From positions 1 to 64,000 of IMG/VR virus record IMGVR_UViG_3300031853_000003: a stretch of DNA of 64,000 nt; one strand, given 5' to 3'. Below the pieces are notes generated by a model, which was not told the DNA's origin, made no database searches, and worked only from the letters and a program-made list of their open reading frames with translations. The stretch comes from a virus. Its lineage: Duplodnaviria; Caudoviricetes. How positions within the stretch are numbered: position 1 is the stretch's first letter; the number at the start of each line of letters is the position of its first letter. The position numbers were made by a program, and so were the translations under genes. Below, piece after piece: positions 55,933 to 64,000 of this stretch.

Positions 55933-56430
55933 ATGATAATTGAAAACTGCGAAATAACTAAATCAAATGCAGAGATACTAATTCCATATATTGGAAGCAC
56001 CAAAAGTGGAGATTACAAGAGATATAGGTTTCTTCATGATGGTATCACATTGAAAGCAACTAATGCGTATTCTCCTTGTTTCGGCACAGTTGTAAGTGTA
56101 GGGCAATCTGCTGATAATACATATACAATTAGTATACAGTACAATGCATTCTCGTTACTTCGCATCTGTAATCTATCGACATGTAATGTTAAAGCTGGTC
56201 AAGCTATATCTACTAATACACATATAGGTACAGCTAAGAGTAAGATAAAAGTTGAGTATGCTACTAACAGGAGTGAAGGATCTGCTTCGGTTGTTCGCGT
56301 GGATGGTAACACATATTATAAACATGATCCAAGTAGTATCTTGGCGAGTTTTAACAAGTTTGTTGCAGATAACATCATTCTGGCTGTACCAGATAGCGTA
56401 AAGTTGATGTTGAGTAATAATCGAGGTTAA
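55933..56430 (+). CDS. Degenerate M23-peptidase-like protein
   Basis: FLHDGI, SPCFGTV, VKAGQ.I, HIG, DP; catalytic HxH apparently absent. Confidence 0.45.
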   Translation: MIIENCEITKSNAEILIPYIGSTKSGDYKRYRFLHDGITLKATNAYSPCFGTVVSVGQSADNTYTISIQYNAFSLLRICNLSTCNVKAGQAISTNTHIGTAKSKIKVEYATNRSEGSASVVRVDGNTYYKHDPSSILASFNKFVADNIILAVPDSVKLMLSNNRG

Positions 56431-56433
56431 TAG

Positions 56434-57648
56434 ATGAGTAACAGCGCACTTGCTACAGTACGAATAATAAGTCCGAATAAGAATAGCCCCAGGAGCAAGA
56501 AGATAGACTGCATAGCTATACATTGTATGGCGGGTAATCTATCTGCTGAAAGCTGCGGACACTTGTTTGCTGCTTCGAGCACACAAGCATCCTCAAACTA
56601 CGGAATTGGGTCAGATGGTACGATAGGCATCTATGTAGATGAAGGAGATAGGAGCTGGTGCACATCTAATAGTATAGATGAGCAAGCTATTACCATCGAG
56701 GTTGCGAATACATCTGCCTCAGAACCATTTCCAGTTTCACAGAAAGCATACGCAGCATTGCTCAATCTGGTTACTGATATATGTCGTAGAAATGGCATAA
56801 AGAAACTCAAGTGGCTCAATAACAAGCAGTACGGGCTAGAACATCGGACAGATCTTCAAAACATGGTTGTCCATAGATGGTATGCTGCAAAGAGTTGTCC
56901 AGGAACTTATCTTTTCAACGTGATGGGTGATATAGCAAGCGAAGTGAATCGTCGACTTGAGAATAAGACGCCGATTGACACAATGCCTGCTGGTGGAGAG
57001 AATGGCACGCCTGAGAATTCAGATGGCACGAGTAGCGGAAGTGGGCTATCTTCTATACAAGTAAACTACGAAGATCTGAATCCGTACATTGTAACATTGA
57101 CTCGCACCACCCACATTGTAAAGGAATCTGAGTGGGACAAGTTGAAAGCTGCTCGTGTAAGTGGTGCACTTGTAGAAGCTGGCTATCTGTATGATGGATC
57201 ACACAGACAAGTTGATTTCAGAAACCCTCGATTGAAAGCACATGTAGAGTCATTAGAGAGGGCGAAACTTCCTTGGGGGCTGTATTCTGAGATGCGTGCA
57301 AAGAATACATCTGAAGCAGAACAAGAACTTGAAGAGATTCAACCGTGTGTGCGACTCTATCCTCCGGAATTAGGATTCTGGCTGCAATGTACTTTCACTA
57401 AGAGCGTTGCTGTCAACGACAGAATACTTCAAACATATTATACAGAATTTGAGAGACTTGGTCTCAAAAACAAGATAGGAATCATATGCACAAAGAAACA
57501 ACTTGATGATATATCATGGGAGAAGAAATGGTCAGATTATTACTGTCTATGGCTTGTTGAACACATAACAGATACTTCTGAATTGGAAACACTTCTTACT
57601 CCTACATTTTTCTTGAGTGGAAAGGGGGAGAACGCCAACCGTGGCTAA
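56434..57648 (+). CDS. N-acetylmuramoyl-L-alanine amidase (Amidase_2) plus GH25-like domain
   Basis: IAIHCMAG, ASSNYGIG, AITIEVAN, HRW..KSCPG; C-terminal KLPWGLY segment. Confidence 0.8.
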   Translation: MSNSALATVRIISPNKNSPRSKKIDCIAIHCMAGNLSAESCGHLFAASSTQASSNYGIGSDGTIGIYVDEGDRSWCTSNSIDEQAITIEVANTSASEPFPVSQKAYAALLNLVTDICRRNGIKKLKWLNNKQYGLEHRTDLQNMVVHRWYAAKSCPGTYLFNVMGDIASEVNRRLENKTPIDTMPAGGENGTPENSDGTSSGSGLSSIQVNYEDLNPYIVTLTRTTHIVKESEWDKLKAARVSGALVEAGYLYDGSHRQVDFRNPRLKAHVESLERAKLPWGLYSEMRAKNTSEAEQELEEIQPCVRLYPPELGFWLQCTFTKSVAVNDRILQTYYTEFERLGLKNKIGIICTKKQLDDISWEKKWSDYYCLWLVEHITDTSELETLLTPTFFLSGKGENANRG

Positions 57649-59701
57649 CTTTACTCCTCGACTTACAGCTCCGTCTACTTCAAATTCATATTACTTTTCA
57701 AGAAATCCGTTTTATCCTACATATGGTATGCCTAACTGCACTTGTTATGCATTTGGCAGATTCTGGGAGATTTCTGGACAGTATCCTAGATTGTGTACTA
57801 TGGATGCACATAGCTGGTATGGTTATAATGATGGGTACGCTAGAGGCAAAACTCCTAGACTTGGTGCAATTGCATGTTACTATAATTACTATACGCCATA
57901 TGAAGGCGGACATGTATGTGTTGTTGAGCAGATAAAGAGCGATACGCACATTGTTGTTTCTAATAGCGGATGGGGCGGAGATTTTTTCTATCTAACTGAT
58001 GTATACAAAACGTCAACAGGTGCATGGCAGTATAATTCTGTAAGAATATTTCAAGGATTTATATATAATCCAGCAGTTGCGTCTGGTGCCGTTGCAAATG
58101 AAGCTGTTGCGTTTTCCAAATTTATATCTACTGCGTTAGGTCAAGTTGGGAAGACTAATACATGGGTCTGTTCTAAGGTTGGTATCGATAGATCACAACC
58201 TTGGTGTGGTGCCTTCATAGCTGCTTGCGCAAAAGAAGCTGGAATTGCTGGTAAGGTTATATCTACAGGGTGGACAACAACTGCGCAGATGTGCGGTGAC
58301 GGAGTAACTTGTAAGGGACAATTTTATAAGGGACCTTATCAGGGAGTAGTTACTAAACCGCAGGTAGGTGACATCTGCGGAACAATGAATGTAGGTGGCT
58401 ATGTTGTAGGAACATACGGATGCTCGCATGTAGGAATAGTTACAAAGGTCAATTCTGATTCGTTTGAATTCACGTCTGGTAACTCTACTTCAGGATCAAA
58501 TGAGTCTACGTTAGTAACAACTAGAACATATAAATTCAGCGATAAAGCAGTATTTGGTTACTACAGGCCTAAATGGTCTGAAGTAGGCGGGACTACTGAT
58601 GCTATAGCTAGTAACGGATATACAGCAATTGGTGGAGCTCCTCTCTACGAATTCGAGAATACAAAAGATGACGCAACAGTAAGAGAGGTCTGCTATATGA
58701 AGGACGCAGAACCTTCTATAAAATTATCAGATATGAAATTATCTGTAGTGAACTACACCAGGATAGTAGGTCCGCTTTCAGAAGTTCTAGGTGTATCCGG
58801 ATCTAGCTCAGATTATGGAGATGGATCTGTTGATTTCAGTGGTATCAGTAATGCTAACGCTAAAACAATTGGCGAGTATCTAGTAAGCAAAGGTCTAACT
58901 GCTGCGCAAGCTGTAGGGTTTCTTGCTAACATTGAACACGAAAGCGGGTACAGCCCATCGGCTGTTAATCCTGATAGCGGAGCTTCTGGAATATGTCAAT
59001 GGCTAGGCGGACGATATGCTGCTATGGTGAATAAATGCGGTGCTAACTGGAAAAGTAATCTATCAGGTCAGCTCGATTATCTTTGGTATGAACTTGAACA
59101 TTCTGAGAATGCTACCTTGAAGAAACTCCAATCGCAGATAACATCTAATTCTGAAGCAATGGCAATGGAAGCTGCACGAATTGTATGCAATAGTTTTGAA
59201 CGACCTGGTGATGGTTACGATTCAGCTAGAGCTGCAACTGCTAAGACTCTATGGAGCAAGATCAAGATAACGACAACAACTGTAACACTTACTGGTTCAG
59301 ATAATGAAACTAAGATATGGAATTTCTTGATTAGCAAAGGATATTCTAGAGCTGCAACTGCTGCTGTCGCAGGAAACATGTATTGGGAGAGCGGATTCAA
59401 TCCTAAATCTTATACAGCGAATGATAGTGGATATGGTCCAGGAGGCGGATTATGTGGATGGCTTGCCTGTTATTTTGGTAATATGTGGGAGAAGTCACTT
59501 GAAGAGCAATTGAACTTTGTTGTTAACACCTTCATACCGACTCAGAATAAACAATACGGATATTTGACTTTGCAACAATTCAAATCTGGGACAGATGCTT
59601 CTTTCTTAGCAGGATACTTTGATGATTACATTGAAAGATCATCTGGAGCATTTAGAAGTAAACGACAGGCTACAGCACTTGAAATACTCAAACGTCATTG
59701 A
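57641..59701 (+). CDS. Tail-associated lysin: two CHAP domains plus two phage-tail-lysozyme domains
   Basis: PNCTCYAFGR..GHVCVVE; PWCGAF..SHVGIV; ANIEHESG..GICQW..FERP; GNMYWESG. Confidence 0.8.
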   Translation: MANFTPRLTAPSTSNSYYFSRNPFYPTYGMPNCTCYAFGRFWEISGQYPRLCTMDAHSWYGYNDGYARGKTPRLGAIACYYNYYTPYEGGHVCVVEQIKSDTHIVVSNSGWGGDFFYLTDVYKTSTGAWQYNSVRIFQGFIYNPAVASGAVANEAVAFSKFISTALGQVGKTNTWVCSKVGIDRSQPWCGAFIAACAKEAGIAGKVISTGWTTTAQMCGDGVTCKGQFYKGPYQGVVTKPQVGDICGTMNVGGYVVGTYGCSHVGIVTKVNSDSFEFTSGNSTSGSNESTLVTTRTYKFSDKAVFGYYRPKWSEVGGTTDAIASNGYTAIGGAPLYEFENTKDDATVREVCYMKDAEPSIKLSDMKLSVVNYTRIVGPLSEVLGVSGSSSDYGDGSVDFSGISNANAKTIGEYLVSKGLTAAQAVGFLANIEHESGYSPSAVNPDSGASGICQWLGGRYAAMVNKCGANWKSNLSGQLDYLWYELEHSENATLKKLQSQITSNSEAMAMEAARIVCNSFERPGDGYDSARAATAKTLWSKIKITTTTVTLTGSDNETKIWNFLISKGYSRAATAAVAGNMYWESGFNPKSYTANDSGYGPGGGLCGWLACYFGNMWEKSLEEQLNFVVNTFIPTQNKQYGYLTLQQFKSGTDASFLAGYFDDYIERSSGAFRSKRQATALEILKRH

Positions 59702-59712
59702 GGTGAATCTAC

Positions 59713-60009
59713 TTGGTTACATACGGATATGTTAAGGACACTCGATATGAGAATGATGGCACACTCATGATAAAGGTACGCATACCTAATATACATGGTC
59801 CGAATTCTCAGAAAGAGTATAAGGGCAAGGTTGTACGAAATTACACATTTGATGCAGATCTACCGTTCTATCCAGCATTGCAGATGTCACCGTTACCTGT
59901 TACCGATGAAGTAGTTGCGTTATTATCTACAAATGATAGTAATAGTAATTTCTTAGTTATCGGCAGTACTGGCGGGCATTATATAACAAACATAGGCGGT
60001 CCAGGTTGA
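59713..60009 (+). CDS. Short spike/gp5-N OB-fold-like protein
   Basis: IKVRIPNIHG...LP...P..DEVV...FLVIG. Confidence 0.55.
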   Translation: MVTYGYVKDTRYENDGTLMIKVRIPNIHGPNSQKEYKGKVVRNYTFDADLPFYPALQMSPLPVTDEVVALLSTNDSNSNFLVIGSTGGHYITNIGGPG

Positions 60010-60023
60010 TATAGGAGGCACAT

Positions 60024-60431
60024 ATGGCAGCAAAAACAACATCACTTGCATTTCCGTCAATGTTTGATGTATCTAGAAACAGAGTGCAAGTACTGACTGA
60101 CAACGTATCAATCGTCAATCGGTCAAGACTGCTCATGTTAACTGAGCCTACTGAGCTCTACAATGAGCTTGAATTTGGAGTAGGTCTTCGAAGATACATC
60201 TGGCAATACAATACAGAGAATACAAAAGCAATCATCAAAGAGAGAATCGTCAAGCAGCTTGATAGGTTTGAACCCTGTGTTGAAGCTAGTAAGACCGCAT
60301 TTGCTGACGGACTTCTTTTCACTGGTGACAATGACCCAAATCTCAGCTCTGCACAAGAATTCAATCAGTTGAAGATGACGGTTGGATTGCGTACAAAATA
60401 CGGCGATACTGTTCAAGTAAAGGTGGACTAA
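60024..60431 (+). CDS. Baseplate wedge protein gp25-like
   Basis: LMLTEPTEL...EFGVGL...I..QL.RFEP. Confidence 0.8.
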   Translation: MAAKTTSLAFPSMFDVSRNRVQVLTDNVSIVNRSRLLMLTEPTELYNELEFGVGLRRYIWQYNTENTKAIIKERIVKQLDRFEPCVEASKTAFADGLLFTGDNDPNLSSAQEFNQLKMTVGLRTKYGDTVQVKVD

Positions 60432-60432
60432 C

Positions 60433-62367
60433 ATGGATAACAACAGAGGTATGATAAATTACACTGATCGAGATTACGAGAGCATCATGAAAGACTTCTG
60501 GGCTCTTGTACCTGCGTTGACAGAGCTCTGGAAGCCGGAGGCGGTTGAGCGTTTGGACAAGGAGGACGTTGACCTCTGGAAGCCAGAAGCTGATGCAGAT
60601 CCGGGTGTTGTTCTCGGCAAGTGGCTTGCAAGTGTAGCGAATATGCTCGGAGTCAATGTAGATTGGCTTGCCAATGAGATATTTGCTCCGTCAGTATCTC
60701 AGCGTAAGAATGCTGAGAAGATATTCGGACTCATCGGATATGAACTTGGGTGGTACACTGCCGCAAGGACAGAAGTAACATTCACAAATAGCTCGGATTC
60801 AGATATCTCATTCAACTTAGGATTCAACGGAGCAAACTTCGCAACGCTGAATGCTTACACTGACATAGCTGATAACTCTCGTGTTATTACATATAATATA
60901 TTGCCGTCTACAAACACATACGGAGCAACAGAAAGCCGCAGTCGAAGAACTGTTGCAACATCTAATCTTGATGTTTTCACTAACACCGACAAAGTATATC
61001 TGAAACCTGGTGAGAGTGTAACACGTGTTGCTATTGAAGGCGAATTGAGAAGCTATACACTTTCCGTGAAAGATATCATCGCTAACAATTACATCATTCG
61101 ACTTCCTTCTCAGCATATCGACACAACTGCCATATGGGTGAAAGCTAAAGCGTCAAGAGGTAGCACGCAGTTCCTCAAGACGCAATGGATCCAATGTAGC
61201 AGCGCAGCTGAATTCGTTCAACCCGAGCCGAGATTCGCTGTCACATATGATTCATACTCTAACGCACAGATTCAGATAAGCAACTACCTCAATCAGCTAG
61301 AAGATTACAGCGATAACTACTTGACAATCTTCTGGATTGATTGCTCAGGTATTATCGGCTGTGTTGGCCAGAATGTATTGCAGAACTTCTTACCAGCTAT
61401 TGGAGATGCTCCTGATGAAGAGTCTGGAATTCTCACAGTGTCCAATCTGTCAAACACAGTCGAGCTTCCGAACACCTATACAGTAACAGGTAGAAGTCCT
61501 GAGACTGCAAAGGAAGCGTATTACAACAGTCGTAACTACATCAACACATTTGACAGTTTAGTGACCCTGCCGGATTTCAACAGATTCTTGAATAGAGAAG
61601 CTGGTGTCGATTGCGGACTTGTTATCGACTGCCAGAAGGCGCTTGAGATCAACATGGCCATCTACAACGACAAGTCTCTCACAGATAGCCAGAAGTCAAA
61701 GATGTATATCACCAACTACGACTTCCCGGCAGGCGAGCCTATACATGATTGGAAATCCGTATTGAATCTAGGATTTGATCCAGAAGATCCAAACAACTTT
61801 GTGTTCGCAGCCAACTTCCATACATACACAGCGATGTGTTTCGCAATTCACAATGATTTCAAAAACAGCTCGTTCGGCAACGGTAGCATAGCTCATGCAC
61901 AAGTAGAAGATGGTGTGAAGTTCCAGAGATACAAACCTCCGGTACAATTCATTGAGAACGTGAAGAGAGATTATCGTCCTTTACAGGCGATGTCAGTCGA
62001 ACTCGAATTCGGCTATCTGAGAATCTTCCCTTGGTATGTAGTAGGTCAGATCTATCCGAAGAAACCTGTATCCTCTGACGTAGCTGCAAATCTTGTAGCG
62101 AAGGTCAAGGAAGCACTCGCAATGTATTTCGCTCCTGCAAACAGACGTATTGGGCAGAAGCCTACTGTGATGGAAGTCGTTGATGTTGTCAGAAAGTGCG
62201 ACAGCAACATAGATTACTTCGATGCAGGCAGCTTGAAAAACAATGTCATCACATGGAAGAATTGTGATCCAGAGTACTTCAATCCCATTTCATTCTGTAA
62301 GTATTCCGACCTAGGTTCAGACGCAAATAATATTCGTATTGCACCGGAATACATTATAGATAATTAA
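60433..62367 (+). CDS. Baseplate wedge protein gp6/gpJ-like
   Basis: NYTDRDYESI, ADPGVVL, LIGY, G..PET, LVTLPDF. Confidence 0.8.
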   Translation: MDNNRGMINYTDRDYESIMKDFWALVPALTELWKPEAVERLDKEDVDLWKPEADADPGVVLGKWLASVANMLGVNVDWLANEIFAPSVSQRKNAEKIFGLIGYELGWYTAARTEVTFTNSSDSDISFNLGFNGANFATLNAYTDIADNSRVITYNILPSTNTYGATESRSRRTVATSNLDVFTNTDKVYLKPGESVTRVAIEGELRSYTLSVKDIIANNYIIRLPSQHIDTTAIWVKAKASRGSTQFLKTQWIQCSSAAEFVQPEPRFAVTYDSYSNAQIQISNYLNQLEDYSDNYLTIFWIDCSGIIGCVGQNVLQNFLPAIGDAPDEESGILTVSNLSNTVELPNTYTVTGRSPETAKEAYYNSRNYINTFDSLVTLPDFNRFLNREAGVDCGLVIDCQKALEINMAIYNDKSLTDSQKSKMYITNYDFPAGEPIHDWKSVLNLGFDPEDPNNFVFAANFHTYTAMCFAIHNDFKNSSFGNGSIAHAQVEDGVKFQRYKPPVQFIENVKRDYRPLQAMSVELEFGYLRIFPWYVVGQIYPKKPVSSDVAANLVAKVKEALAMYFAPANRRIGQKPTVMEVVDVVRKCDSNIDYFDAGSLKNNVITWKNCDPEYFNPISFCKYSDLGSDANNIRIAPEYIIDN

Positions 62368-62376
62368 AATCCTGAT

Positions 62377-62382
62377 TCGTTA
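62377..62382 (+). promoter_or_regulatory. TCGTTA motif in front of the ncRNA candidate
   Basis: Ends 8 nt before the first stem of the structured region. Confidence 0.55.
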
Positions 62383-62390
62383 TATAGTAC

Positions 62391-62826
62391 ATAACACCGC
62401 CGCCGAAGAGACGCCGGCCATCATCCTCCGCTCGTTGCCATCGCGGAGGCCTTCTTTCAGCTGGCAGTAGGTCGCGGATAGTAACATACTGTCAAACAGT
62501 TCTTTGTATTCTTCGTAGCCTGAGAATATTGTGTTACACGCCGGGCGTGATCGTTGCCCCGCATCAAATTACCGCGAAGACGTTGCGGCGGTGTTATTAC
62601 GCAAATTAACTGCCAGCATTTGGCCAGATCAGGCCTCCTAGAGAGCTGGTGAATCTGCTAGAGAGATTTTGCAAGTGGAGACAAATGTCGTAGAAGCGGC
62701 TCAATGAACCTAGCGGACAGGCAGATTACATCGGTGCAGTTGCTGCCATACTTTAACAACTACCTCATTGGTTCTCTGAAAATAATAGGCGAACAGCGTC
62801 TGGGCAACTGCTCAGGCGCTGTTTGT
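62391..62826 (+). ncRNA. Large structured non-coding RNA candidate of unidentified class
   Basis: Non-coding GC-richer 500-nt gap with many complementary segments, its own promoter motif and a terminal hairpin. Confidence 0.65.
62792..62826 (+). terminator. 14-bp terminal hairpin with G-U pairs
   Basis: AACAGCGTCTGGGC-aact-GCTCAGGCGCTGTT. Confidence 0.7.
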
Positions 62827-62832
62827 TATAGC

Positions 62833-62842
62833 ACCTTTAATA
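62833..62842 (+). promoter_or_regulatory. ACCTTNNATA motif
   Basis: ACCTTTAATA immediately after the ncRNA, upstream of the next baseplate gene. Confidence 0.65.
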
Positions 62843-62872
62843 ACATTAAACACTATGTATGGAGGTAACTGA

Positions 62873-64000
62873 ATGAAGTTTTCTGATATTTCGGTTCCTG
62901 AGATATACAAGTCAAGCGCAGATTTCAGATTCTTCCTAAGGTGGTTCTCTGAATCTCTGCATCGAATAAAGTACGATACAGAGAATATGTTTGATTTGTA
63001 TGATCCGCTACGCTGTCCGTCTAAACTACTCTGGATGCTTGCAGATAGTATGGGCTTCAAGTATGATGACCGGTTGTCAACAGCCTTCAATCGACTTGTA
63101 CTTGTCTACTTCATGTCGATGATTCGCAACAAGGGTAGCAAGGACGGTGTGACGCTTGCAGCTGAGATCAATCTTGCACAGTTCAAACTACAGCAGCTTT
63201 CGTCTGAGTATTCCACTGACAGTGAGTTCGACAACGACAAAGAAGATTGGATGCAAGATAGCTATCATGACGATATCTTAGATGATCGTCTTGAGGATAC
63301 GTCTATCCCTGTAAATTCTGTATACGTCACCCCTCATACATCAAAAGGATACATCGAAGTAGTTTACTTCGCTGATAGAGTCCCTACAGACGCGTGTATA
63401 GAATACGTCAGACCGCTTGGAATGTATATGTTCCAGTACGCAGGTGTAAGATACGACTCCAGAACAAAGATATCTATCGATGCTCGACTGACAAATGAAA
63501 GAGATGTAGGCGTATCCATCGGACCTACTCATGTCGGACACTACAGACGTGACGATTATGCACGTATGCAGAGACTCAATGAAGGTACAGAGCCGAATAC
63601 ATTGAGAGCAAGAGCTGTAAACAGAAATGATGTGTACGATCCTACTAACTACAGAGGACACGTCAAGACTCCTAATGCGCCTTATGGTAAGACAGCATTG
63701 TCGAATGATCCACGTCATCCTGTGTATTATAGAAATTCTCAGATTGAGGGTCAGCCTAACGACTATGTCAATCCAGGATACCGAGCTCTCTATTCATTGC
63801 AGTTGTGTAACAACGAGCATATCATCAAATCACTCATTCCAAAGATATTCAGTATCGGCTATGGTCCGCAAGACGTTGAAGTCTCAACGTATTATCCTGA
63901 TAACTATCTCGATGTTCCTGACCAGCCGCCGTACAACTTAAGATACCATCGTGACGCAGAGATGTCAATCACACCGAACGAAACTGGTGTAGCTGATGCA
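62873..64000 (+). CDS. Baseplate/tail protein, P2 gpI/gp7-like (3' partial; absent from the ORF track)
   Basis: GGAGGT RBS; MKFSDISVPEIY...LYDPLRCPSKLLWMLADSMGF...RNKGSKDG; appears to run off the window end. Confidence 0.75.
   Translation, partial: MKFSDISVPEIYKSSADFRFFLRWFSESLHRIKYDTENMFDLYDPLRCPSKLLWMLADSMGFKYDDRLSTAFNRLVLVYFMSMIRNKGSKDGVTLAAEINLAQFKLQQLSSEYSTDSEFDNDKEDWMQDSYHDDILDDRLEDTSIPVNSVYVTPHTSKGYIEVVYFADRVPTDACIEYVRPLGMYMFQYAGVRYDSRTKISIDARLTNERDVGVSIGPTHVGHYRRDDYARMQRLNEGTEPNTLRARAVNRNDVYDPTNYRGHVKTPNAPYGKTALSNDPRHPVYYRNSQIEGQPNDYVNPGYRALYSLQLCNNEHIIKSLIPKIFSIGYGPQDVEVSTYYPDNYLDVPDQPPYNLRYHRDAEMSITPNETGVADA

Noticed and set aside
58711-58720. ACCTTCTATA inside the lysin gene
   Set aside because: Lies in coding sequence with no clear RBS/start downstream; may be a chance match
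62391-62826. tmRNA, RNase P, tRNA or group I intron identity for the structured region
   Set aside because: TTAACTGCC resembles a tmRNA resume context, but there is no tRNA-like end, T-arm or Ala-Ala-ending tag. No RNase P GAGGAAAGTCC motif. Both flanking genes look complete, so no intron is required.
1-64000. Stop-codon reassignment as in some large gut phages
   Set aside because: Long genes are intact in code 11, and TAG, TGA and TAA all end genes at sensible boundaries
1-64000. CRISPR array or tRNA genes
   Set aside because: No regularly spaced repeats and no cloverleaf with a T-loop consensus seen by eye; a tRNAscan run would be needed to exclude atypical tRNAs

Overview
This window is part of a large myovirus-type phage genome. 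Nearly all genes are on the + strand and the genetic code is standard. The host is probably a spore-forming Bacillota/Clostridia member, judging by a SpoVT homolog, Gram-positive-type RBSs and CHAP/amidase lysins. A T4-like morphogenesis series (portal, neck, sheath, tube, chaperones, tape measure, baseplate) is broken up by large accessory islands. The clearest element is a complete diversity-generating retroelement (DGR): a 2557-aa fibre-like target whose VR differs from the TR only at adenines, a downstream hairpin, an unusual tandem two-domain Avd, and an RT. Three less familiar signals stand out. (1) About 11 unrelated, mostly small acidic proteins share a basic N-terminal leader ending in [VI]x[AS][SATD] and sit behind the same ACCTTNNATA motif as the virion genes, suggesting a capsid-targeting/cleavage system. 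(2) A ~430-nt highly base-paired ncRNA candidate with alternative folds lies between two baseplate genes. (3) There are two phage-specific promoter motifs plus a sigmaA-driven ~110-nt attenuator/sRNA. Other observations are a sigma4-alphaCTD fusion, an Acb2/Tad1-like sponge domain, Hef-like nuclease/Mom-like fusions and a candidate +1 frameshift. All family assignments come from motif recognition by eye, not database searches.
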